Below are positions 20,512-30,632 of a stretch of 64,000 nt of DNA, piece by piece. The DNA is from Spirochaetaceae bacterium (lineage in GTDB: Bacteria; Spirochaetota; Spirochaetia; DSM-2461). The stretch is from assembly GCA_051531975.1 (NCBI GenBank), contig JAOPTT010000002.1, forward strand, positions 601,968-665,967, read 5' to 3'. Numbering within the stretch: position 1 is the first letter of the stretch; every line of letters starts with the position of its first letter. A model generated the notes under the pieces. It saw nothing but the letters and a program-made list of their open reading frames with translations. It did no database searches and was not told where the DNA came from. Position numbers and translations under genes: made by a program.

Positions 20512-21491
20512 AATCTATAATAAATATACTCAAAAAAAGAGAATTCACTCTAATACTTCTTACATTTGTTTTAATTTTTGCTGTTACTCTAAGAGCACCA
20601 GGATTTATAGATGGTAAAAATGTTAATAGAATAATAAACGATACATCAATATTAATAATTGTAGCTATTGGTCAGTTTTTAGTTATATTAACCGGAGGAA
20701 TTGACCTTTCGATAGCTGCAATACTTGCATTTTCTGGAATGGCAGTTTCTATGTTAAATCAATACTACCCTTCTATTCCCATACCTATAATAATATTAAT
20801 TGGAATACTTATAGGTCTTCTACTAGGGCTTTTTAACGGTGTTTTAGTAGCTATTGGGAAAGTACCTCCTATTATAGCAACTCTTGGTACTATGAGTATT
20901 TATAGAGGGTTTACCTTTGTATTAAGTAAGGGTCAGTGGGTTACTGCACATGAGATGACTGAAAAATATATGAATATACCTAAAGGTCATTTTTTAGGAA
21001 TAACTAGCTTAATTTGGTCTGCAATAATTATTGCAGCAATATTGTTTTATTTTGTTCGATATACACGAAGTGGCCGGGAGATATATGCAATAGGTGGTAA
21101 TAAAAAAGCGGCTGTTTTTGCTGGAGTTAATGGAGTTAAAATCAACCTAATTATTTTTACGATTAGTGGAGCACTTGGTGGATTAGCAGGGGTGATGTGG
21201 ACTTCAAGATACGCGGCTGCAGTTAATGAAACAGCCATGGGTTTTGAACTTATGACAGTAGCTGCATGTGTTATTGGTGGAGTTAATATTGCCGGTGGTT
21301 CTGGTACCATACCAGGGGTTATTCTAGGAGCTCTTTTTCTAGGAATAATTAACAACGCTCTACCTGTAATTGATGTATCACCATTTTTACAGATGTTTAT
21401 ACAGGGTGTAGTAGTACTACTTGCCATGTTTATAAATGTAATGGTTGATAAAAGAAAAGAACAAAAACTGTTAAATGGGAGAAGTCTATAA
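20508..21491 (+). CDS. rhaP: Rhamnose ABC transporter permease
   Basis: GGIDLS, GREIYAIGGN, VAACVIGGV RbsC-family motifs. Confidence 0.85.
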   Translation: MKSIINILKKREFTLILLTFVLIFAVTLRAPGFIDGKNVNRIINDTSILIIVAIGQFLVILTGGIDLSIAAILAFSGMAVSMLNQYYPSIPIPIIILIGILIGLLLGLFNGVLVAIGKVPPIIATLGTMSIYRGFTFVLSKGQWVTAHEMTEKYMNIPKGHFLGITSLIWSAIIIAAILFYFVRYTRSGREIYAIGGNKKAAVFAGVNGVKINLIIFTISGALGGLAGVMWTSRYAAAVNETAMGFELMTVAACVIGGVNIAGGSGTIPGVILGALFLGIINNALPVIDVSPFLQMFIQGVVVLLAMFINVMVDKRKEQKLLNGRSL

Positions 21492-22531
21492 TGGAAAAGA
21501 GAAATAACTTGGTAGATTCTGCCAGACTTGTAGATGAAAAAGGTAGTATTTTAAATAGACTGATTAATCTTGTGACTCAGTGGGAAAGTTTACTATTTAT
21601 CATAATTGTAGTTATGGTAATTGTTTTTAGTAATATAACACCATACTTCTTAGATTATTTTAACTTAATGAACGCATCATTCACGTTTATGGAAAAGGGT
21701 ATTCTTGCACTACCTATGATTTTTGTAATTTTATGTGGGGATATAGATATTTCTGTAGCAGCGATAATAGCTTTATCATCTTTTGCTATGGGTTTAGCAT
21801 CCTCCTTAGGTCTAGACACAGCTCAAATTATTGCTATTGGTATATTTGTGGGTGGTCTAGCTGGAGCTTTTAATGCAGTGTTTATTATTAATTTTAAAAT
21901 ACCAGCAATTGCTGTAACTCTTGCATCTCAATCTCTATTTAGAGGAATATCTCAAGCAGTATTAGGGGATCAGGCCTATACTAAATATCCGGAAAGCTTT
22001 AGTTATTTTGGACAAGGTTATATAGGAAATAGTTTAATTCCATTTGAACTTGTATTCTTTTTAGTATTAGCTTGTATATTTGGATATGTCCTACATAAAA
22101 CAACTTATGGAAGGAAGCTTTATGCTATTGGGAACTCAAGTACAGCAGCTAGGTTTTCTGGTGTAAAGGTAGATAAGATTAGATTCATAAACTTTGTTGT
22201 AAATGGTCTTTTTGCTGGAATTGTAGCTGTTTTATTAACTTCAAGAATAGGAAGTACAAGACCCAATATTGCCCAAGGATGGGAACTTGAAGCTATAACA
22301 TTAGTTGTTCTTGGTGGTGTATCTATTATGGGTGGTAAAGGAAAATTAATTGGTGTATTTTTATCTATATTCCTAATCGGTTATCTAAAGTTTGGAATGG
22401 GTTTAATGAATCTTTCAGCAAAGGTAATGATAATTACTACAGGTTTTCTTCTTATCGCTGCTGTTTTATTACCTGTTATTATGGATAACTTAAAAAGACG
22501 AAGTAAACTAAAAAGACAAAAAGCAGGTTAA
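21491..22531 (+). CDS. rhaQ: Rhamnose ABC transporter permease
   Basis: DIDISVA, GRKLYAIGNS, SRIGSTRPNIAQGWEL. Confidence 0.85.
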   Translation: MEKRNNLVDSARLVDEKGSILNRLINLVTQWESLLFIIIVVMVIVFSNITPYFLDYFNLMNASFTFMEKGILALPMIFVILCGDIDISVAAIIALSSFAMGLASSLGLDTAQIIAIGIFVGGLAGAFNAVFIINFKIPAIAVTLASQSLFRGISQAVLGDQAYTKYPESFSYFGQGYIGNSLIPFELVFFLVLACIFGYVLHKTTYGRKLYAIGNSSTAARFSGVKVDKIRFINFVVNGLFAGIVAVLLTSRIGSTRPNIAQGWELEAITLVVLGGVSIMGGKGKLIGVFLSIFLIGYLKFGMGLMNLSAKVMIITTGFLLIAAVLLPVIMDNLKRRSKLKRQKAG

Positions 22532-22535
22532 AAAG

Positions 22536-22853
22536 ATGAACAGAGTAGCTTTCAAAATGAAACTTAAAAAAGGTTTTGAAGAAGAATATAAAAAACGTCA
22601 TGATGAAATATGGCCAGAGCTCCATGAACTACTTAGGGGTCAGGGAATATCAAACTATTCGATATTTTTTGATGAAGAGACAGGATTTTTATTTGGTTTT
22701 CAAAATGTAAATGGTGATTCTGGAAGTCAGGATTTAGGTCAAAATCCTATCGTTAAAAAATGGTGGGATTTTATGGCTGATATTATGGAAGTTAATGAAG
22801 ATAACTCCCCTATTACTACACCTTTAAGGGAACTATTTTACTTCAAAAAATAA
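22536..22853 (+). CDS. rhaM: L-rhamnose mutarotase
   Basis: RVAFKMKLK..EEYKKRHDEIWPEL..GISNYSIF..KWWDFMADIM. Confidence 0.95.
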   Translation: MNRVAFKMKLKKGFEEEYKKRHDEIWPELHELLRGQGISNYSIFFDEETGFLFGFQNVNGDSGSQDLGQNPIVKKWWDFMADIMEVNEDNSPITTPLRELFYFKK

Positions 22854-22859
22854 TTTAGA

Positions 22860-22970
22860 ACTAAGAGATCTGCTTATTATTATGCAATCAGATGATGCAG
22901 TTGCTGCTCTTTTAAATGATTTTATTGAAATAGTTCTCTGTATTTATAATCCTGTACAACCTAATGTCCT
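22860..22970 (+). pseudogene. Short relic of a uroporphyrinogen decarboxylase-family gene
   Basis: Translates DLLIIMQSDDAVAALLNDFIEIVLCIYNPVQPNV, resembling the URO-D/MtaA segment 'HSDG...LLxDxIEIGxDxxNPVQP'. Confidence 0.5.
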
Positions 22971-22995
22971 TGCTTCAAGTCCAAGTGGACCCATT

Positions 22996-23024
22996 AAAGT
23001 CACTCTTTTAGAGTGGCTTTTTTA
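22996..23024 (+). terminator. Intrinsic terminator of the rha ABC operon
   Basis: AAAGTCACTCT-TTT-AGAGTGGCTTT followed by T-run. Confidence 0.75.
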
Positions 23025-23072
23025 TTTATAACGTTTCTGACAGCAGGAGGAAATGTACGTCATATATAACAA

Positions 23073-24058
23073 GGGTTTTGGACGTGGGTTAGTTTTTTAC
23101 ATCCTTAGGCACTTGAGCGAAAATAATGATGGTGCAAACCGGACAATATCATCATTTTCTTAATTGCCCCTAAACTTTCTTGAATTTCAACATCAGGGAT
23201 CTTACAGATGTATGCACATTGCCTGATGCATTCTCTTATTGTTATAATATTCGATAAATTCATCGATGATGTGTCTAACTTGCTTTTCAGAAAACAGGAG
23301 AAAATGATCGAGAGCTTCTCTTCTAATAGTTCCGTTAAATCTTTCTACATGAAGCGAGAGAAATATTTACTCATGTAATTCCGTAATCAGAATAGTCGAT
23401 CGATGTAAATTGCGCAGCATTATCATATATCAGAGTTTTAGATTCTTCATTTTCATATGAGAAATCAATTATTTGTTGTCTGACGAATTCCCTACTCGGA
23501 TTTTCAGTTAAACTCCACTTAACAATCTTTCGAGTATTCAATTCTAATATAATAAACACCAATCTCTTACCGAATAGAGTGTCTATAGTCATAAAATCCA
23601 TAGCAAATAATGTATCCCATTGCATTTTAAGGAATTTCTTCCAGGAGCCATTTGGGTGAATAAGGCCTTCCTTACGGAAAGTGCTAATAATCCTATTTAC
23701 AGTCGTGTAATGAATATCGATATTAATTTTCTTAAGTTCAGAAGAGTCTCTGGCTTGACTATAATCAAATGATTTATAGCTGGAGTTGAAAGGGCTTTAA
23801 TCATTGAGAGATAAAACTTATCATTCTTACTGAAATGAAGCCTCTTTTTATTAAGATTGAGATGTCTTTTATAAATCTCATTTTCCTTCTTAAGTAGCAG
23901 CATTGTGAAAATAATATTCTTTCTTTTACGGAAAATTATCTTAAATATTATATTGAGTAGTGAGTAAAGGAATTTGAACATAATTTAATTCTCGGTATTT
24001 GAGAAAACTACCATATTCTGACCACATATGTAAAAAAATAACCCACGCCCTTAAACTT
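23073..24058 (-). mobile_element. Degenerate IS (DDE integrase-core transposase pseudogene) with imperfect terminal inverted repeats
   Basis: Fragments LLKKENEIYKR..IVKPETLL (23697-23981), FAMDFMTIDT..LIYDNAAQF (23371-23625), VERFNGTIRREALDH..YYNNKRMHQ (~23225-23350); ends GGACGTGGGTTAGTTTTTTAC / GTAAAAAAATAACCCACGCCC. Confidence 0.85.
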
Positions 24059-24079
24059 ATATAGATAGTTTAATGAATT

Positions 24080-24676
24080 TTACAATCTAACTTCCATACC
24101 CCGGGCATAAAGATAAGATATTTGTGATATTATCCATATTACTTTAAGTTCTTCTTCATCTCTTGGACCAAAAATCATAAGATACTCACTATTCTCCCCT
24201 GAAATAGAGTCTGTCCATGGATGCATAATACCCCAGCCCTTTTCTATTACTGATTTTGCAATATTATTAGGTAGTATCATATGTAAACTTCCATCAGAGG
24301 GGATGTGTTGGTGGGCAAATTCCAAACTATCTCGTATAAAAGCCCCACTTAGGTCTCCTGCAAAAGTTTTCTTCAATCTCCAACCTATTGAACCTGCTAA
24401 AGAGTAGGGAGTAGGCTCTAATACCACTCCAGGTAGTTTTGAAATAGCTACCCTTAACTGCTCTTGTAATACTACAGGTGCATTTTGACTGTATTGTTGA
24501 TGAGGTATTCCTGTAGCAAATTCTGGTGCCTCTCCTTTTCTTTCTGATATCCTACTAAACTCCCCAGAGATTATATTAAAGTCAAAAGGCGTTAATATCT
24601 GATTATCTACTTCTAGTGAATTTAACCCTATAATATTAATTACAATAAATATAATAATTAATTTAAATTTTTCCAT
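24080..24676 (-). CDS. Secreted luciferase-like (DUF5519-type) protein
   Basis: EFAHQH..DGSLHMILP..EKGWGIMHP..MIFGPRDEEEL motifs; N-terminal signal; TTGACA-17-TAACTT 6 nt upstream of ATG. Confidence 0.75.
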   Translation of the reverse strand: MEKFKLIIIFIVINIIGLNSLEVDNQILTPFDFNIISGEFSRISERKGEAPEFATGIPHQQYSQNAPVVLQEQLRVAISKLPGVVLEPTPYSLAGSIGWRLKKTFAGDLSGAFIRDSLEFAHQHIPSDGSLHMILPNNIAKSVIEKGWGIMHPWTDSISGENSEYLMIFGPRDEEELKVIWIISQISYLYARGMEVRL

Positions 24677-24829
24677 AGTTTAAAGTTAGGTTACTTCAAA
24701 CTGTTTGTCAATTTTAGGAATTGAAAAGAACTCAGTTCTTATTAGCAATTATTCTTATTTAGTATTATTATATTAATTAAATAGGAAGGACAACAATTCA
24801 GTGATTTTGAATGGTTTGATATGTTGGTA

Positions 24830-25326
24830 GAACTCGTGCTATAGATTTTTAGACTTTCAGGTACTACTCCTGTAATAATGATGGTGTAAGCCACTTAATA
24901 TCTGTTGTTTTTTGATATTTCCAGAGGTTTGATATATGTAGCCCTCTGGAATTCTCTTAATTCCTTGATGTGGACGGAGAAGGTTATAATAATCTACGTA
25001 CTCCTTTATGATATTCCGGACCTGCTTCTCTGAGAACAATAGAAAATGATCTGTTACTTTTCTGGAAAGCTTGAAAATCAGAGTAAGGAAAAGTCTATCT
25101 CTCCTTTTAAAGAGTTATGAATCTTCTTATGATTTAATTGTCTCTTATAGATCTGATTCTCCTTTTCCAATGCCATGAAGGTGAATATTAGGTCTTTTCT
25201 TTTTGTGAATAAAATTTTAAAGATTGAATTGAGTAATATAGCTATGAAGTTAAACATATTTCATTATCGGTAGTCTTTATTAAGGAATATCTTCCACATT
25301 AGCGTAAAAAGCCATAGTACGCCCTT
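24830..25326 (-). mobile_element. Internally deleted (MITE-like) relative of the same IS family
   Basis: From ATG 25257: MFNFIAILLNSIFKILF..(frameshift)..ALEKENQIYKRQL..RDRLFL fused directly to DHFLLFSEKQVRNIIKEYVDYYN..LSGLHHHY; 14/17 inverted repeats at 24835-24851 and 25305-25321. Confidence 0.75.
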
Positions 25327-25456
25327 CGCAATATATCTCTAGTCTATATGTAATCATTCTGCTAAAAGTTAATATGTATCGTTAAAAAAAATACATATTT
25401 ATATCATAAAAAATCAACTTTTAAAATAAGCTACAGAACGGGGCACGGGCTCTTAT

Positions 25457-26254
25457 TTAACCCATTTGTCTGAATTTCCTTGGAGAAAAACCAGTCTGTT
25501 TCTTAAATGTCCGGCTGAAATAGCTTATTTCATTAAATCCGGTATCCATAGCGATTAATGAAATCTGATCAGTGGTATTGGTTAATAATATTCTAGCCTT
25601 TGATATTCGAATCTCCAGAAGATCCTTTATGGGACTGATGTGAAAGAACTGCTTGTATAAGACGGCAAAGCGGTTTTCTGATAAATTTGCCATTTCCGCC
25701 AGTTCCTTGATGGTCCAGTTTTTATAGGAGTTATTGTAGAGTTTTTCCCGAATATTGCAGAATAGGAGATAGTGGTAGGTATTATCAAATTCCCCGGTCA
25801 TTTTGTTTTTATTATGGTTATAATTTCGTCCGGTCAACCTGAGAAGCTCATGTATTTTTCCTGATATCTGCTCGGTGCTGAACTTCTCCTTTCTCGCGGT
25901 TTCCTTACGAATTTCAAGCAGAATCGGCACTATAAAATCGGTATTTAGGGGACTGAAATATTCATTTAATGGGATGTTGTACTTTAATAATATTTTTTCA
26001 ATATCATTCCCGCTGATGTGGATCCAGTCATTGATAAAACCACATTTATACCCCCTGCACCACTGTGGAAATCCGGGTGTATGGAGAATCATATCACCCT
26101 CATGACAGATCTGTCTGCCATGGCGGGTGTTATTTTCTGTTCTTGTATAGAAGCGCATCAGCAGATAATCATTGCAGCCTCTGGGGCGGATAACAGTAAA
26201 ATCTTTTTGATGATTTGTTGAAACTCCAAATGCTGAAGACCTTAATAAATCCAT
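25457..26254 (-). CDS. AraC-family transcriptional regulator
   Basis: C-terminal double HTH (WTIKELAEMANLS..GFNEISYFSRTFKKQTGFSP); divergent from the oxidoreductase operon. Confidence 0.92.
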   Translation of the reverse strand: MDLLRSSAFGVSTNHQKDFTVIRPRGCNDYLLMRFYTRTENNTRHGRQICHEGDMILHTPGFPQWCRGYKCGFINDWIHISGNDIEKILLKYNIPLNEYFSPLNTDFIVPILLEIRKETARKEKFSTEQISGKIHELLRLTGRNYNHNKNKMTGEFDNTYHYLLFCNIREKLYNNSYKNWTIKELAEMANLSENRFAVLYKQFFHISPIKDLLEIRISKARILLTNTTDQISLIAMDTGFNEISYFSRTFKKQTGFSPRKFRQMG

Positions 26255-26401
26255 TATTCAACCTTTTGTTATCAATATCAATCGATTCAGTATTTTATAT
26301 CTGATAAAAGAATAAGTCAAATTGTTAAAAGTATCCTTCTTGTGGATTTTTTTTAATAATTTATCATTACTTAGAATCTTAAAGCAAAATTCCATAAAAG
26401 G

Positions 26402-27418
26402 ATGGTCTATATGAAAACAGTAAAAATTATAGGAAAAAAGAAAGCAGGTCTGGAAGATGTTAAAGACTTAGTTCCAAAAAATGATCTTGTGGTAATTAAA
26501 ATTCACTCAGCTCCCATGTGCACTGAATACCATAACTTTGAAAACGGCAATGAGGGTATCAGTTTTGGCCATGAGGCGGCAGGTGAAGTGGTTGCAGTTG
26601 ACAAAGCCAATACAGTCAAAGTGGGGGACAGGGTCTTAGTTCATCCCCAGACTCCCTGTGGAAAGTGTAACCTGTGTCTTGAAGGTAATTTTGTTCATTG
26701 TGAAAACAGCAGGGATTACCTGAGTGAAAGTGACAATGAAACAGATACAGGTACTATGGCTCAGTATATGCTTAAGTCAGAGTACTCGTTGAACATCATT
26801 CCTGAAGGTCTGAGTTATGATCATGCCTCCATGGGTTTATGCGCCCTAGGACCAACATTCGGTTCCATGCAGTTAATGAATGTAAACTCTTTTGATACTG
26901 TTCTGATTTCCGGACTTGGAGCTGTAGGTCTGGGTGGTATTGTAAACGCCAGGTACAGAGGGGCAAAAGTTATTGGAATAGATACCAATCCATATCGAAT
27001 GAATCTGGCTAAGGAACTTGGAGCATTTGCCGTCATTGATCCCGTTAATGAGAATGTGGCAGAAAGAGTGAAGGAATTGACCGGAGGATTGGGGGCGGAT
27101 AAAGCCATTGAGACCAGCGGTGTGGGTTCTACCAAACCTATTCTTGTTGATTCTGTCCGCCGGAAAGGGAGTATAGCCCTTGTAGGCTGGAATGGATCAC
27201 TCGATGCTAGTGAGATAATCGGGAAAGGATTAGTCATATATGGTGCCTGGCATTATAATAAAAGCGATACCCATAAGCTCTTTAAAATGATTGGAGATAT
27301 TCCGGAGCAGCTTGACAGACAGCTGACTCACGCCTTCCCCATGAGGGATATTCAGAAGGCATGGGAACTGCAGTGCACCGGCCAGTGTGGCAAGGTTATC
27401 CTTCATCCCTGGGAGTAA
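26402..27418 (+). CDS. Zinc-dependent medium-chain alcohol/sugar dehydrogenase
   Basis: GHEAAGEV, CGKCNLC..C structural Zn site, GLGAVG Rossmann motif. Confidence 0.92.
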   Translation: MVYMKTVKIIGKKKAGLEDVKDLVPKNDLVVIKIHSAPMCTEYHNFENGNEGISFGHEAAGEVVAVDKANTVKVGDRVLVHPQTPCGKCNLCLEGNFVHCENSRDYLSESDNETDTGTMAQYMLKSEYSLNIIPEGLSYDHASMGLCALGPTFGSMQLMNVNSFDTVLISGLGAVGLGGIVNARYRGAKVIGIDTNPYRMNLAKELGAFAVIDPVNENVAERVKELTGGLGADKAIETSGVGSTKPILVDSVRRKGSIALVGWNGSLDASEIIGKGLVIYGAWHYNKSDTHKLFKMIGDIPEQLDRQLTHAFPMRDIQKAWELQCTGQCGKVILHPWE

Positions 27419-27474
27419 TTTCTAGCTAACTTATGAAAAAATGGAAGCAAATAAATAAAATATAGGAGAACATT

Positions 27475-28377
27475 ATGAGAATAGGTGGACCGATTTTCCA
27501 AAAAACAACAAGTATTGACCAGCTGATAAAATTACACAGGCAGTTGGGTTTTGGCGCCACATATACAAACTGGATAGAAGACAGGATTGCCAGGGAAGAG
27601 TATGTGGCCGCTTTCAAAGAGGCTGACATATGGCTGGCAGAACTGGGAGCCTATTGTATCAATATTCTGGATACAGATTCTGCCAAAAGAAAGAATAATA
27701 TTGATCTTATCTGTCAAAAACTGGAGCAGGCCGATGAAATGGGTGTGAGATGTTGTGTCATTCATGGCGGTTCCTATGAGACTGGCGGCTGGGGAAGGGC
27801 CAATCCTGCCAATCTTTCAGATAAGGCTTTTGGTGAAACTGTAGGTATCATCAAAAACATCCTTGATCGGGTCAATCCGAAAACCACAAAGCTGGTTTTA
27901 GAGACTGAATCTTATCTATTCCCTGATAGCCCCGAGTCTTATAAAAAGATCATTGATGCTGTGGATGATGATCGCTTGGCTGTTCATCTTGATCCGGTCA
28001 ATATCACATGCAGTCCCAGACGAGTCTATTTTAATGATGATTTTTTACGGTCCTGTTTTTCAATCCTCGGTGATAAAATCATCAGTTGCCATGCTAAAGA
28101 CTTTAATATGGAGCCAACCTGGCCCACTGTTAAAATTGACGAAACCTTTATGGGTGATGGTGTTTTAAACTACCAGGTATACCTGAAAGAGATTGAAAAA
28201 ATGTCTGTACCTCCAACTCTGATGATTGAACATCTGAATGAAAACCAGCTTGTTAAGGCTCTGAATTATATTTTTGCAGAAGCAGATAAGGCGGGAATTG
28301 TATTCGAAGGTTCCTCAGAAAGAATTCCCTTTGAAGCGGGTGAAGGCGGCGATGTTTATTTTGCTCCTCATTTGTAG
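27475..28377 (+). CDS. Sugar phosphate isomerase/epimerase (xylose-isomerase-like TIM barrel)
   Basis: LVLETE, VHLDPVN, CHAKD, MIEH metal-binding motifs. Confidence 0.88.
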   Translation: MRIGGPIFQKTTSIDQLIKLHRQLGFGATYTNWIEDRIAREEYVAAFKEADIWLAELGAYCINILDTDSAKRKNNIDLICQKLEQADEMGVRCCVIHGGSYETGGWGRANPANLSDKAFGETVGIIKNILDRVNPKTTKLVLETESYLFPDSPESYKKIIDAVDDDRLAVHLDPVNITCSPRRVYFNDDFLRSCFSILGDKIISCHAKDFNMEPTWPTVKIDETFMGDGVLNYQVYLKEIEKMSVPPTLMIEHLNENQLVKALNYIFAEADKAGIVFEGSSERIPFEAGEGGDVYFAPHL

Positions 28378-28457
28378 AAAAAAGAGGAAATAAGAGAACC
28401 TGTGAAATTCTGTTTAGAGAAATATTAAATTGTTATATAAGAGAGAGGGATTTTAAT

Positions 28458-29573
28458 ATGAAAGAATTGAAAATTGCTATAATCGGCTGCGGCCCCCGAG
28501 CCACAAGACATGCGGCAGCCTATGGGAATATTGAAAATACCAGGCTTGTTGCCTGCTGCTACAGGAGCAAGGAAGAGCAGAATGATTTTGCACAAAAATA
28601 CAGCTGTAAACCCTACTTTAACCCGGAAGAGATGATCAAAGAGGAAAAACCGGATATCGTGCACATTGTGACTCCCGTTTTCAGTCACGCGGAAATGCTG
28701 GAGATTGTCTGTAAATTGAATGTTCCCGCCTGTCTGTGTGAAAAACCACTTTGTGTGGGTGTCAAGGATTACAACCGAATCAGAAAAGCTGTAAGGGCAT
28801 CAAAAACTAAAATTGTGGTGAACCATCAGTTCCGGTATCATCGTGATCTTGTTAAGTGTGCCGAGGCTGTTGCCTCTGGAAAACTGGGTAAAATCCGGTA
28901 CTGTGAATTTTCCTGCGGCATGTCTATGAACCAGCAAGGAACCCATGTTCTGGATTATATTCTTAAATTACTGGGAGATCCCAAAGTGGAATCCGTATAT
29001 GGTGCTGCGGGTTCACCCGATCCGGCAGAACCCAGACATCCCGCTCCCAAAGGGACCGTGGCCCAGGTAAAGTTTGACAACGGAGTTTATGGTACCTGGG
29101 TAACAGGAGAGTCCGCCCCCATCGTTGCAGATGACGGCACAAATTTTAAACACTGCCGGGAAGCTGTCTACTGCGAAAATGGCTGGGTCACCTATGAAGA
29201 ATTTGGGGAGTGGCGCATTGTCTCCCCCGATGGAGTTGAGAGCGGCGTCATTGAGTTTAATGCAGGTGGTGGAGATGCGGAAACTCAGATGAGTGAGTCA
29301 AAAACAGAGTGGGACATTGAAAATGATAGCGCTCAGGAAAAACTCACCCTGTCATTGATTGATTGGCTTCTGGATGATAATAAAGTCTCACCATCAAATA
29401 TTGGACATGCCTTTGATGAGTGGAATGCCGTCCTTGCCCTTTATCAATCCTCTTTAACAGGAGAGATTGTCAAGCTTCCTTTTGATCCTCCTGATGACCT
29501 GTTTGAAAAGATGGGACTCATCAAGTATGTCGATCCCAAGTATCTGGAGTATGTTAAGAAAAATATACTTTAA
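28458..29573 (+). CDS. Gfo/Idh/MocA-family oxidoreductase
   Basis: IAIIGCG, HIVTP..H, CEKP, NHQFRY, GTHVLD. Confidence 0.92.
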   Translation: MKELKIAIIGCGPRATRHAAAYGNIENTRLVACCYRSKEEQNDFAQKYSCKPYFNPEEMIKEEKPDIVHIVTPVFSHAEMLEIVCKLNVPACLCEKPLCVGVKDYNRIRKAVRASKTKIVVNHQFRYHRDLVKCAEAVASGKLGKIRYCEFSCGMSMNQQGTHVLDYILKLLGDPKVESVYGAAGSPDPAEPRHPAPKGTVAQVKFDNGVYGTWVTGESAPIVADDGTNFKHCREAVYCENGWVTYEEFGEWRIVSPDGVESGVIEFNAGGGDAETQMSESKTEWDIENDSAQEKLTLSLIDWLLDDNKVSPSNIGHAFDEWNAVLALYQSSLTGEIVKLPFDPPDDLFEKMGLIKYVDPKYLEYVKKNIL

Positions 29574-29582
29574 AAATAAATC

Positions 29583-29613
29583 TTCTATTCTCATGTATTA
29601 CATGAGAATAGAA
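29583..29613. terminator. Hairpin terminator after the oxidoreductase operon
   Basis: Long perfect inverted repeat TTCTATTCTCATG/CATGAGAATAGAA. Confidence 0.65.
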
Positions 29614-29921
29614 AATCCAGAGTAAACAAATGACGCCAATATGAGGCTCTTATTATCTTTATATGGCCGAACTGACAATAAATTACCGCCAAAAAATATT
29701 TAAGTAATTCCACAGACCTATTAATATGCTGATTCTATAAATATGCTACATCTTAAATCATTATTTAATCCCATTGGCAGTCACTATTTGCCTATGACTT
29801 TTTACTGTCGATACCTTTTCTCTTTTACCTTCACCAAGACAAGTGTTTTCAAATATAGGTGAAAACCTTTAATTTACCGGTTATCATCAAGATATGTGCT
29901 GATTAACTGTTTCTGGTGAAA

Positions 29922-30359
29922 CTATATTTGTATTCCATTTATTACTAAGAAATCATATGGTGTCTTAACCACTAGTTTCGATATAACAGGATAATGTTTG
30001 AAGTTTCGCGTTACAAACAAATCCATATTAGCTTGCAGTGCAGATTTAAATTGAAACATATCTGCAAGATCTTTTATATTAGATTCATCCAGTGCATCTT
30101 TTACTGTTTCTTCATCTATAGATGTTAGACTAAATAATTTTGTCAACTTCCTCATCACATTTAATCTATCATCTTTTCTTAAATCTTTTCTAATTAAATA
30201 ATAAATATTGGCAATTATAAGTGGTGACGTATATAAAACATAATCAGGACTAGTTTCCACATAGTCAATAAACTTTATAGAGGTTTGTGATAATGTTTAA
30301 TCTTCCCGTTTAATTAGTACATCTAAAATAACATCTGAATCTATAAAGACTTTAATCAT
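29922..30359 (-). pseudogene. PIN-domain (VapC-like) toxin interrupted by an in-frame TAA at codon 21
   Basis: MIKVFIDSDVILDVLIKRED*TLSQ.. in frame with the listed ORF (..DLADMFQ..FVTRNFKHY); ATG overlaps the antitoxin stop. Confidence 0.8.
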
Positions 30360-30621
30360 TTAAATACTTCTTTTCCAGATACCTATGATAACCATCTTTA
30401 GCATTAGTATTTTCACGATTCTCTTCACCTAATATCCCAACCAAAGAACGAAGAGTCTTAGACTTAGGAGTATAAGTACTTTCCTCATTTCCCTTTAATA
30501 ATTCTCTTAGATAATCTTCTACAAGATGAGAAACACTGGTCTTATGGTTTTTTGCATAGGACTTAGCTTGCAGCTTGATATTCCCATCAATTAGTAAGTT
30601 TAATGTTTAACTTTCACTCAT
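30352..30621 (-). pseudogene. DUF6364-like ribbon-helix-helix antitoxin interrupted by an in-frame TAA at codon 5
   Basis: MSES*TLNLLIDGNIKLQAKSYAKNHKTSVSHLVEDYL..LRSLVGIL..YHRYLEKKYLND. Confidence 0.75.
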
Positions 30622-30632
30622 GGCATTTTCCT

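Noticed and set aside
29620..29920. Possible HTH-like or mobile-element remnant
   Set aside because: Only a few suggestive residues (SPETVNQHIS) between stops; insufficient evidence.
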